Below, one piece after another: positions 13,133-24,347 of a DNA stretch of 64,000 nucleotides (position 1 is its first letter; every line of letters begins with the position of its first letter). Under the pieces are notes generated by a model. The model had not been told where the DNA came from and ran no database searches. It saw only the letters and a list, made by a program, of their open reading frames with translations. The DNA is taken from positions 1,178,001-1,242,000 of the forward strand of contig CDLV01000007.1 in assembly GCA_001244265.2 (NCBI GenBank), in the 5' to 3' direction. The DNA comes from Microbotryum violaceum. Taxonomy: Eukaryota. Both the position numbers and the translations under genes were made by a program.

Positions 13133-13170
13133 GAACAGACAGGAACAGACCGGAACAGACAGGAACAGAC
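13133..13170 (+). repeat. 10-bp tandem repeat (ggaacagacN) x4 in the SMYD/RRG7 divergent promoter
   Basis: gagaacagac aggaacagac cggaacagac aggaacagac. Confidence 0.85.
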
Positions 13171-13279
13171 GGCTCAGACAAACCAAGCACGAGCGCCCCC
13201 GGAACAGTCTCTGCATCTCATCCTCCTTCCACCTCCACCTTCCACACCTCAGCGAGCCCTCTCCCCTTCCTGGGACCCC

Positions 13280-13957
13280 ATGTCCCGTCTCCGTCCCTCC
13301 TCTCTCCCCTCCCGGATCCCCTCATCCACCCTTCCTCGTATCTCCACCGTCGCCCTAGGAACCGCCTACGAACTCGCGACCCTTCAATTCCTATCCCAAC
13401 CACCGCTCTCCCTCCAATCCCTTCTCCGCATCGGAGGCGCGAACGATAAAGGGATCGATCTACGAGGTTTTCACATACCCCAAAGATCCGTCGACGACGA
13501 CGACGATGACGACCTTGTTCACGAAGGCTCCGTCCAGCCTCGTCGACTACGTCCCAAGAGGTACCCCATCCTCGTCCAATGTAAAGCCGTTTCGAAACCC
13601 CTCCAACCTTCCGTCGTGAGGGAATTCGAAGGTGTGCTTTCAACCGAACCCGGAGGCCTTGGTATCCTCGTAGGTATGAATGGGTTCACTGAATCGGCGA
13701 TCAAGAGGGCTTTGGCGTCGGAATTGCCGATGGCCTTGTTGAGATTGGGGAAAGGGGTGTTGGGCAGGGATTTTTGGGCACCTGTCGAGGGAGAGGTTGT
13801 TGGGAAAGAGGAGAAAACTTGGGATTTCGGGGTGAATAAGGCAATGAGGGGGCTTGTGGGGGAGGATGCGGGGGGGTGGCTGATAGGGGGGGTGAGGAGG
13901 AAGTGGGGCAAGGAAGATGAGGAAACGGACGAAGTTGAGGTCGAAAAGGGGAGATGA
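13280..13957 (+). CDS. RRG7: Mitochondrial PD-(D/E)XK restriction-endonuclease-fold protein (DUF2034, RRG7-like)
   Basis: Motifs STVALGTAYE, GGANDKGIDLRG, ILVQCKA and PSVVREFEG; Arg/Ser-rich N-terminus; intronless. Confidence 0.8.
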   Translation: MSRLRPSSLPSRIPSSTLPRISTVALGTAYELATLQFLSQPPLSLQSLLRIGGANDKGIDLRGFHIPQRSVDDDDDDDLVHEGSVQPRRLRPKRYPILVQCKAVSKPLQPSVVREFEGVLSTEPGGLGILVGMNGFTESAIKRALASELPMALLRLGKGVLGRDFWAPVEGEVVGKEEKTWDFGVNKAMRGLVGEDAGGWLIGGVRRKWGKEDEETDEVEVEKGR

Positions 13958-14801
13958 GGACGTGATAGGAGGTATCAGTTGTGTGAAGGGAGGCGACACC
14001 TTGGGGGCAATTTTGACTCTCGTCGCCAACAGGGTCACCGGGCAACGTCAAGCTCGGAACGTCGTAACGAGCTACGCTACATTCCTTCCCTCGCATCTGC
14101 AAGATCGAATCGTCAAGATTCGAACGTCTGCTCCGGCTTTTCTCCGACTCCTTCGAACAAGAGAGGAAGCCGATAGATTTGCTGCAAGATACGACCGCTC
14201 GGTCGCTCGGCGAATTTCGTCGGTCAGCCTACACTGCAAATGGCCGGGGTAGGGAGCTGGGGAGATTGGGAGATTGGGAACGGGCAGGAATGAAGCGTAG
14301 CGTATCAGGGATTGGGGATCAGATGTATGTTAACAATGGACATGTAGGATGGTCAGAAGGGGGGATGCACTGCGCTGTGGTAGTCGTTCGAATCGTGTTG
14401 GCGATAAGGAGCGCCGGGTGCGGCCTCTGGAGCTCGTACTCCAGGCCGTTTTACGCTCTACACCTCTGCGCCGCTATACACCAATCGAGTGACCCTGCCA
14501 CCTACTGGCTTATGTTATGAAACTCAGCGGCCCGCCACGATTCCACCACAAAGCCGATTGCTCGGGTTTTCCTCGACTACTCCTCGTCGCGCCTCGCCAT
14601 CTTCTGAACCTTTTCGAGAACGGTCATGCCTGAGAAAAAGTTGCAGCGAACTCGGTGTATTCTACGATCGGCGGTTGCCAAAACTGGCCAAATTTAAGTG
14701 TTGAGGCGCGACGCGTCGATCGGCTCGCACCTCACTCACCCAACGTCGCTCGCCGATCCATCCTCTACGCAAGCTTCACTACAGCATCTCCTCCTAACCC
14801 A

Positions 14802-15520
14802 ATGTCGTGAGCACCTCCTGCCATACCTTTCCACCCCAAACCAATACACTGACCCCGCCTTTCCCCCACTCCCGTCGCCCGTCGCCCGTCGCCCGTCGCC
14901 AGCTGGACCTCAACATCACGTGGCGGTGCAGCAGCAGCAGGAGGTGGTGCATACAGTCCTTTAGGTGGATCAAAAAAAACAGCCGCATCGGATGCTCAAG
15001 AGACGGATCTCGAGGCGCAGAACGATAGTCATTTGCATGAGTTGCATAGCAAGATCTCGGCGATCAGGGGTGTGAGTGCTGGGAATGAGGAGCGATGGGA
15101 CGTGGTGATCAGTGCAAAGGGCTTGTGAAGCTGATACCTTTCTTCGTGTGGAACGTTTAGGTGACGAATGATATTTATCGCGATTCACAACAACAAAACA
15201 CATTACTGGACAGCACCGTGAGTCACTCTTGACACTCCCTCGCTTCTCTTCCTTTCCCCCCCTTCCTCCCCCAAACCGACCACGACCCCCCGTCATCATT
15301 CCCCCTGCAGAACAACTCCTTTGACCAATTCAAAGTCTCCCTCTCCAACACGACGGGCCGATTCGCCCGGTCGGTTCAATCGGGGAAAGGGAACGGGAGG
15401 ATCCAACTGGGTATCATTTGTGGTTTCGTCATGTTGTTCATGGTGTGGAAGTTTTCGGGTTCGAGAGCGGATAAAGCGACGATACCACCACCTACGACGG
15501 GTACGTTGATGCGATTTTGA
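14802..15520 (+). CDS. SFT1: Golgi Qc-SNARE of the Sft1/Bet1 family
   Basis: Exons 14802-14806, 14903-15071, 15161-15217 and 15311-15520 give MSWTS...DLEAQNDSHLHELHSKISAIRG VTNDIYRDSQQQNTLLDST NNSFDQFKVSLSNTTGRFARSV followed by a C-terminal TM segment (IQLGIICGFVMLFMVWKF). Confidence 0.85.
14872..14900 (+). repeat. 7-bp tandem repeat (ccgtcgc) x4 next to the SFT1 intron 1 acceptor
   Basis: ccgtcgcccgtcgcccgtcgcccgtcgcc. Confidence 0.85.
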
Positions 15521-15809
15521 GGAGGGGAAAGGAATGGCAAGGTGGGGGTTTTCATTTGTCGGGTATGCCTTGGGTCGGCTTTGCCGGATGGTGGGGTTGT
15601 TGTTCTTTTTCGCGTTCCGCTGCATGTTTGTAGAAACACTTTCGTTCTTGCCCAAGCGATTCTGACTACTCTGTACGAGATCACCACATATCGTCGATTT
15701 CCCGATCTGAGCTCCGCTCCGCCATCTTGCGAAACCTCCATCTCCCTTCCCCCTTCCCCCTTCCCCCATCCTTCTCAACCCCCACACTGACCCCTTCCGG
15801 AACCCCACT

Positions 15810-17090
15810 ATGCCCCCACCTTCCCCTCCACACTCTCCCACCTTCCTCCCTCTCGAGCTGCTCGAATCCCAGCTCGAAGCTTTGGACCTCCTCGAATCTC
15901 TCTATCCTTTACAAGATGAATTCGAACTGATTACCCCACCTACGAGGGAAGGAGTGGAAGAATTGAGGAGATCGTTATCTTTAATCACGAACACGACTCG
16001 TTCTTCTTCAACAAGGATGGGGACATGGGATCGTTTAACCTTTCGAATTCGATTCGACTTCTCTAATGGGGAAGGAGCTGGACAAGCGGAGCTATCAATG
16101 GCCTTGCCATTACACTTGGACCCTTCGTCCTCTCTCAGGGCGACTCAACGTCTCGTCCAAGCGACCCTACATCAACCTTCTTGGTTACCAAGGGGGGAAC
16201 ATACAGCTCTTGTCGAGAGACTGCCGATATCCCCTGTGTTGCAGGAGGCTCAAGTAGGGGACGCGGCGCAGTTCTTGATCGATTGGCTTCAAGACGTTAG
16301 GGAGGGATTGGCCGGACGGTGGAAGGAGCGCGCTGGGCTCGAGTCCGTGGGGTTGAATACGGAGATTGGAGAGATAGGGAAGGACGAAGGGGTTGAGGAA
16401 ATGGTCAGGGCGTGGTTCCTTTTTCAGTCCTTGTCGACGAGGGAAAAGAGGGATGATATTGTGAGTCTTTTTCCCGAAGCGGGCCGAGGAGGCGAGCGAT
16501 GTCGGGAATCGGGACTGGGGTTGGAGCTGACAACTCTTTCATCCTGACTTGTGGCTTAGGTCAACTGGGCTAAGGAATACCACCTCACCGGATTCGTATT
16601 AGCCGGTATGTAGCCCGACTGTGCCCCTCCTCGCCCATCTGATCGACAGGTAGACTGACCCCCACCCATCTTTCGGCACCCCCTCCCCCTACTTCGATAG
16701 GCAAACCGGCAATCCTCTGCCTCGAAGGCGAATCCAACAAGATTGATCAATACATGAGTGAGATTAAAAGCGTATCATGGAGTGATATACCCAGTTTCCA
16801 GAAGAAGGTGCGTGCATTCGAAACGGTGTTCACCTCGGACGCGCAAAGAGTTTTGAAAAATCAAAATCCTTACCGTTACCTTCGGCCTTCTTCCCTCCCA
16901 GGTCTCCGAACGCCATCGCACTCCCATCACATCCCGCATATTCTCAAATATGTCCGAGATCACGTCTTTAATTGAGAAAGGGGGCTTCAGGAATAATAGG
17001 ATCGAGATGGGCCAGGTGAAGGAGTATTTGGTCGGCAAGGGGTTGGGGGCGGTGTTTGGCCTGGTGGTGGCGGGGGGGAGCTTTACTTAG
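15810..17090 (+). CDS. RWD domain + DUF1115 protein (RWDD2-like)
   Basis: N-terminal QLEALDLLESLYP. The spliced C-terminus reads RAWFLFQSLSTREKRDDI|VNWAKEYHLTGFVLA|GKPAILCLEG...|VSERHR...FSNMSEI. Confidence 0.85.
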
Positions 17091-17473
17091 GGGTGACTAG
17101 ATGGGTCCTGGAATTGAATGTTGGATGGGTTTGAGAGAGGTGTTACGTATCGAGAAAGAAAGTTAGTATGCTATAAACTCGAAGTCGACCCCAAGGAGAA
17201 TAAGCAGAAGGGTCAGATGAAAATGTTGAGCCTGGACATTCCAGAGACGAGACACAAACCTGGACGCAAATAAATGAACAGAAAATCCCAAACAAAAGCT
17301 AGATACAGAGGAGAGAACACAAATGACGTGACATATGACAGACAAAGAGACGGATTGATTTGTTTGTTGGGGGGCTCGATTTCTGTCTAGGACAAAAACG
17401 GTAAGACTATTCGAATATTGGAAGGAGGAAAGAAGACCCGCCGATGTGTGGCGAAGAAGCCCGAGCGAGTTGA

Positions 17474-20400
17474 TCACTGGCCGTAAGGAGTCTTCACCGT
17501 GCAGTCTTCAGGGGGAAGGAAAAGAGAGGAAAGACTCGCGTTAGCTTTTATACACGCCTTCGATCGGAAGGGGGCGGGGTACTCACAATCGTAATGGGTG
17601 TCGGCCGGGTTCAACGCCCAGTTGGGGAACGAGTATTGCTTGCCCGCACCTCCGTTGACGGCGAAGGTCGAAATGAAGACCATCAGATCGGTTCCTCCCT
17701 ACGGATTGAGGTAGAGAAAGAACGCCGGTCGGACTAGGTGAGCTCTTGTAACTCCGAGGGCAGAGAGAGAGAGACAAGGGTTGGGAATGAAGAACTCACG
17801 TCCAATGCGGCGGCCATCAAGTAATTGTACTTGCGGAAGAAGGTCGGACGGTGACGACGGAGGTAAAACTGGCACACGATCGCGATGATGAAGAAGGACA
17901 TCACACTCGAGTTGATACCGACCTGGAGGGTTGGAGGCAGACAACCGTCGGGGGCTGCTGGGTTCAGAGTCTTTCAAAGTGATGGCCAAGCGGGGGAGTT
18001 GGCGAACTCACGGAGAGGAATCCAAGCGACCAGCACAGCATGGGAGTGACGACTCGGTCTAAGCGCATCTTGGGGAAGAAGCGGTGCGCGATCCAGAAGG
18101 GGACGGGGACAAAGAAGCCGAGCACTGTGTGCGCGCGGAAGGAGGAGACAAACTGGAATTAGGCTCGCGCAACTCGCGAGAAGGGAGGGGGAGCACAGCC
18201 ACTTGCGAACGGCGAGAGGGATCAGAAAGTACTTGTTGTCTGAGCAAGAGAGCATAATGTGAAATAAAAAGAAAAAATTAGATCGTCGGCGACGTTCCTC
18301 TGCCCGTGGTGCCGTGGACGCTGCCAACTCACGAGGACCGTACTATTGTGAGAATTCAAGAGTGCTGAACAGTCAGCTCGGTTGCTCAAGACTACCGGGA
18401 GCTCACGGAAAGAAGGGACTGACCATCTGTTTGCCCAAAGCTCCCCAACTACGATGCAAAAAGTGAACAGAGGTTGCGCGGTCAGTAATGGGGTGTGGAT
18501 GGAATCGCGGTGAGCCTGGCCTTGGACAAAACATACGAGATGGCCTGTTCAAGACAATAGTCACGGAATCAGCCATGTTACCACCCTTCCACTTCCATCC
18601 CCTTTGTGACTCGGATGGGCTTACCTGGGCGTTGTATGACTGAACAACGTTACCGGACCACAGATTGGAACCTTCGACGCTGAGCAAAATGGCGCGTTGC
18701 GCGTTGACGATCGAGTTCATCTGGATCGATGATACGAACGAGCAAGGAATGATCAGACTCGTCGAGCAAGTGTATGGCATCGGAGTTCGTCGCGAGACTT
18801 CTGTGATGCTAGGTTCCACTCACAATGATGAGGTTGAGTATGGCGCCAAGAAGAGTACCGGCTGCTTGGACCATCTGCCAGACAAGGGCGAGCGGGGTCG
18901 CTATGTCAGTCGTCGCGCTCGTCGATGCCCATCCTCGTGGAACTAAGACTCACAAACATGGCGCGAGGGGGGACCTTCGTATACTACGGTTCCGTAGGCG
19001 GAAAGAGCGAGAATATTCAGCCTCGTGTTACTCGGACCGCTCGGTTCTGCGGCGTCCACATTGCGAGGACCGGTGCTTACTTGACCGAACTGCTCGTAGG
19101 AAGGACGTTTGCTTGGTGAGTAAATCAAACCTGTGGGAAAATCTAGGTCCGAGCACTTACTTTCAGATCTGAGACCATCGTCGAACCTTGGGCGACACTG
19201 TTGCTGCTGTAAAGCTGTCACGACGAAGGAATCGAACCGCAGCCCGGGGTCAGTACCGGCGTTCCGCAGCATACACTCTTCGAGCTGCGCTCGACTCACT
19301 TGGAAGTACAGACTCGCACGAGCATTTCCTGGGACAATCGCCGAGCCAAGCCTGCGTCGAGCAAGATCGAGTGCCAAGTCAGGCGCCGCTCCGTGAAAGT
19401 GCGCAGCCAGGGCCCGAACCTAGAGCATACTGACATTTGACAGAGGTTGGAACCGCTGACGCCGAATCCGGTAATCGCCGACATGAGACAAGAAACTGTG
19501 GGTTTGAGAAAGAAAAATAAAGGCCACCAAAATCAGTCTTTGCTCGAAATCAACACAAGCGTAAACATCCTGCGACTCACTCGGCAATTCGATGAAGGCA
19601 AAGACGCAGCCGACGACTAGAGCGTACCACGGCTCGTTGGAGTGACCAGTGTAGAGCGTGGCGCAGGCCATCGCGAAAGCGGAAGCAACGGTGACACCGT
19701 ATACCCACATGGGGCATTCGGGGTCTAATAGTCGCCGATGTAAGAGCGTGAGGTCAGTGCACTGAATTACTGCCGCGGGCCTAGCTGAGTCGGAGGAGCA
19801 GGGAGGAGCACTCACACTTTTGCATCTGCGCGTAGTGCGGGTTGTCGCGAACATTGGTACGCCATTTCTTCCAGGCTGAGACGATGTCTTTGCGGTACCA
19901 TCTAAAAGGACGGGGATAGTGAGTGATCTGAGCCAACTGGTCTTTGTTTGCACAACCGCCGGTGGTCGTGTCTGAAGCTGCTTACAAGAAAACGTGGGTG
20001 AAAGAGGCACCGACACTCAGGTTGAGCCCGAAGTAGTAGACTGCAGGAGTCAAGGCAGGGTAAGCCAAATTAACAAAACGTGAGAAAAGTCTGTAGCTTA
20101 CTAGCATTCGTCCAAGCATATGACGGGAGGCCTGTAATGCCGAGAACAAAAAAACGTGATTAATAGCACAGCTCATCCGCCGAGAGCAGCATCGTCCCGC
20201 GACCCACCTTGCTGAGCGAGAGCAGTTTTGTTGAGGTTGTAGTTGGAATCAAGAATGGTGGTTTGGTCGTACACAGTTCCGTTCTAGAAGTACCAGAAGA
20301 GAGGTCATCATTCAGCTTTAGACTGAGAACATGCGGCCGCCGCTGATGATACCAGCCCACCTCATAGAACAGATCCTGACCCATGAACGGGTAGGCCTTG

Positions 20401-22596
20401 GCGTTCCAAACGTTGCCGTAGCTTTTTCAGAGAGTAGCGAAGCATCGAGGCAGGGTTAATTTCAGCACACTTCTCGAGATGCTAATTCTATTTCAAACAG
20501 CACTCACTAGCCTGCGAGCGCGATCGTGATGCACAAGAGCGTACCTACGCCTTGCGACACAGTGGTAGCCCAAGGCTGGTATAGGCATGCTGTGAAGCCG
20601 TTCGGTCCACACGATAAGTGACCTGGTCCTCGAAATGTACTGCGTTGCCTTGACCAACGTACTTGAAGTGATCTGAAGCCAATCTGTGCCGATCGAGAAG
20701 AGGCCGAGCCCTTCGTTTCCGTTGGTTCCGCCGAAGATCAGGGTAAAGTTCGGGTTTTTGCGGTTGGCGAGGCTGGTAGGAAGAACCATGAAAAGGATAA
20801 TTAGCTCTCTGTCAATACATAACATTTCCCTCGTAATTCGAGCGGATGATGGCGTCATACCAGAACACGCTGATGCCTGTCAAGGTCGGAGCGATGATCT
20901 CGGGGAACCATTCCCACACGAAGATGGCAAGGAAGACCTGCGATCGATGGGAGCAATTGAAAGATCAGCACGCGCCGTCGGAACGAGGAAGGGGGCTGAT
21001 TCAAACCTACAGCCCAAAAGAACCTGTACCGTCGCTTTTGCGAAGCAAGGTTTTGGTCACGGCTGCGCAACACCAAGGAAATAATGTTAGCTTTTGCTCA
21101 AGGCGTACCTGATCACCCGATGTCGGCGTTACCGAAAGCAAAGACACCACTCACTGAAGGGTCTCCAGCAAACTGACACCGGGAATTAGACTGGGCCAAA
21201 CCGCGAAGGTTGGGTACACGAGGATGGAGCGGTAGAGTCCACCTAAGCCGTAGCCAAAGAATTGCGATGCTGCAGCGTCTCGGGGCAAATCAGCCGCTGC
21301 AGGGCGCAGGGGACGGACGGCTGGCGACACCTCGAGCACAGAAAGACTTACCTATGAGGGTGAAGATCGCGTTTCCGTAGTTGACATCGAGGTTGTCTGT
21401 GAACACAGTATGAGTGTCATCAGTGATGAGCAAGAGCGGGCCAGCCAGGCGCTGGGAGGTGACAACTCACAAAACAATTTCTCAGAGGCGAAGGTTGAGA
21501 TGGCGAGCGCTCCACCACTGGCAGTTGATGCCATGACAGTCACGCAAACGTGTTCCTTGATGTTGAAAGGTCCCGGGTTTAAAATCGCCCAGAATCGACC
21601 TTTGTCGGCTTTGGGTAGGATCTTGTGCCAGCCGGTTCCCAAAACTGCGAAAACGGTCCGGTATGCAAAATTGATAATCAGGTGGATGCACCAAGTAACG
21701 GTTGACGGTCAGAGGAAGACGAACTGAAAGCAATGATTTGTACTGCGTATGATGATTACGAACATCAGGTCAGTGTCTGTGCTGAGGGTGCGGACACAGA
21801 CTATCGGCGAGCCGACATACAAAAGAGACCAGACACGGAATATTCTTGAGGACGGAAAGTAAAAATTTGCCCCAAAACAGCTCCGACTATGCGTGTGGTT
21901 TGATCAGAAAGTGTCACGGTCTCAGTCAGTGCCATGCGAAGTTAACGAGGCTCCTGACTCACAGCACGTCAACCCAAGGCCCAAGACCCACATCCGAACC
22001 GTGTGGATTGGGAGAGTAGGATCATCTTCAAGGGAAATGAGACTACGTCGTGCCAAAAGAGAGTATTTTCATAAGACACTGACTCGAGCCAAAACAAAAG
22101 TTCGAAAGGAGACCTACCGCGTGGAGTAGTCGTGCGCTGTCTCAATCACGCGCTAAGAGGCACGTACGCTAACGTTAGTTCGAGATCAACCACGCATGAC
22201 AGCCCAGGCGACTTTTCATTCTTCCGGTTGAGGAACAGAGCTCCACCAAAGAAAGAGCTCAGCCCCCCTCTTCGAAGGGACGACATTTTTCGCGCCCGTA
22301 CACAGTGAGGCGGAGCGTCCGACTCCACTCACCTCTACGCCGTTCTCGTCGAGGAACTCGGGATCCAGGTCGGCGACATCCAGAAAGGCGGCGTTGATCT
22401 GAACGTGTTTGTCGGTGCCCTCCATGTCGTAGTGTTCGCGGTCGTACTGAGCGCCGAGTTTTTCACTTTTCTCGTCTTGGCTCTCGGCGCCGATGTCATC
22501 ACTCGAAGAAGACTCAACAATGACGGAAGTCGGAAGCTCCGAGGCGGGTGAGGCGGTGGACTCGTGCCCGAGGTGAGGCAAAATATTACCGTCCAT
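17474..22596 (-). CDS. OPT-family oligopeptide transporter, copy 1 (over 25 exons)
   Basis: Motifs EDDPTLPIHTVRMW, NPGPFNIKEH, GGTNGNEGLGLFSIGTDW, DLKFGQYTKVPPRAMF, FRKYNYLMAAALD and FPNWALNP. Confidence 0.93.
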
Positions 22597-24347
22597 CTTT
22601 AGCTAGATAGTATAGGTATGGAGGGGACGAGATGAGGATGGCAGGAGGAGAAGAAGTCGTGAAGGCGTCAAGCGGTGAAGTGTGGCGAAACCTTGATCAG
22701 TGGGTAAAGCACGCCACTTCTGGGTGTGGAATTTAGCCAAAGCGAGGGTCACCGACAGGGCCGACAGGGCCGACACGCACGCGGTGGGGTGCGATAAGGC
22801 GAAAGACCCCACCGCCGGGGCAGAGACGCCGGAGAGAAGCGCTCAGTGGGTAGAACTCATGTGGTTTTTAACTTTTGTGACCCTTTGGAAAAACACAGCC
22901 CGCCTATCCCCACATCCCTGTTTTGCCTTTCTCTGGTATCGCACCTATCGAGGTATCTGCGATACCCCGCCGGGCGATGGCTATAACAAGGCCCACTGCA
23001 TGAGCCGAACAAGGTCAGCGGCCATCGCGCGGTGAAAATGAGCTTATAGCAGGCGCGAGCGCGCCAGTCGTCGTCGCCCCGCGTTGTCGCCCGCTCGCGC
23101 GCGACCAAGCTTGCGCAAGTGGACCGCGGTCCACATGACGGCGGCGCATGATCATATCCGAGAAGCTAGCATCAACCGAATATGGACCAAGAAGCTTTCT
23201 CAATGCTCGCACGCCGATCGATAGGCAGCGAGGGACGGTCTTTAAATTTTAGAATTTAACTTTTGCTTGTGGCACGAAGGACAACCTCGGTAAACCGCCG
23301 CCGCTGTTGCGCCATTGCATGAGATCGACTAGCGGCGGCGCGGCAGCGTGCACGGGCAGTTGTGCCTAATTTGGGCGCATCTGGCGTCGAATGGTTAGGA
23401 CATTGAATTCTGAAGCGGGACCGGCTGCACCGATTAGCCCCTTCGGGTGAGGATGGGTACACGTAATACCTGACTTACACTCAGGAAAAACTGAGATTCT
23501 GTGTCCTGTATTTTGCGGTGCTCGGGGAAATGCACCTTGCCTCGTCAAAGAGGTCTTGTGGAGATTCAAATCCAAAATCAAGTGCTGGTCGTAGCGCGTT
23601 CTATGCTACTGCCGATCACCGAGCTCACGTCGTTTGCTGCATGAAGGGATAGTTCTTGGGGACACGTTCTGTGGCTTCCATACGCTCTGTGGTCAAGTTC
23701 CCAAACACATCCAACCTGTCTAATCAGAATTCTCGCAACTGTAAAGACCAGTGTGACCGCGAGCGCTAGCAATTACATGCAAGACAGCGGAAAACGCACT
23801 ACACATGATGCGACAGCTCGGTACATGCGATAAGATTCTGCTGTGGTGGGGTTGCAAACCGTGGGGGCTGCAGTGGGTTATATGCTGCCTTATCGGTGTT
23901 TCACCGAGGAACTTCACCGAGATCAGGCGCTCAACTTTTGGTGTATCGAGTCTTGAGTGAAACTGCGACTGGTACCGGCCGGCCCGGGGGCGGTACGGTC
24001 TCGGGCGACTTTTCTCCCCCGCGAGAGGGCTCGGGGCTCAGCTCAGCGCCGGATGCTGCATGTGATGGATCGATCGATCACGTGGTGCCGCCATAAATCC
24101 GGGATGTTGATAATCACGCTGCAGAGAAATATATTAGGCATAGAGATGGAACATACACATCTGAGCCATGTTGAAATTGTCACGTGCACGATGTGCAAAA
24201 CTAACGATTGGAAAGCATAATGTGACCCGGACAGTTACCACAGAAGTGGATCGAAGCCGAGTCCGATCAGGATCAACCCGATGAAGCAGCAAGAAGTACG
24301 CCAAGATGTGGAGAGGGCCACGTGAGAGAGCACCATTGTTCCGAAGA

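Noticed and set aside
14000-14520. Possible ncRNA (small stem cggcc-tggag/ctcca-ggccg; ggcttat resembling an RNase P/MRP 3' end)
   Set aside because: Other conserved regions are absent, and one short stem is expected by chance.
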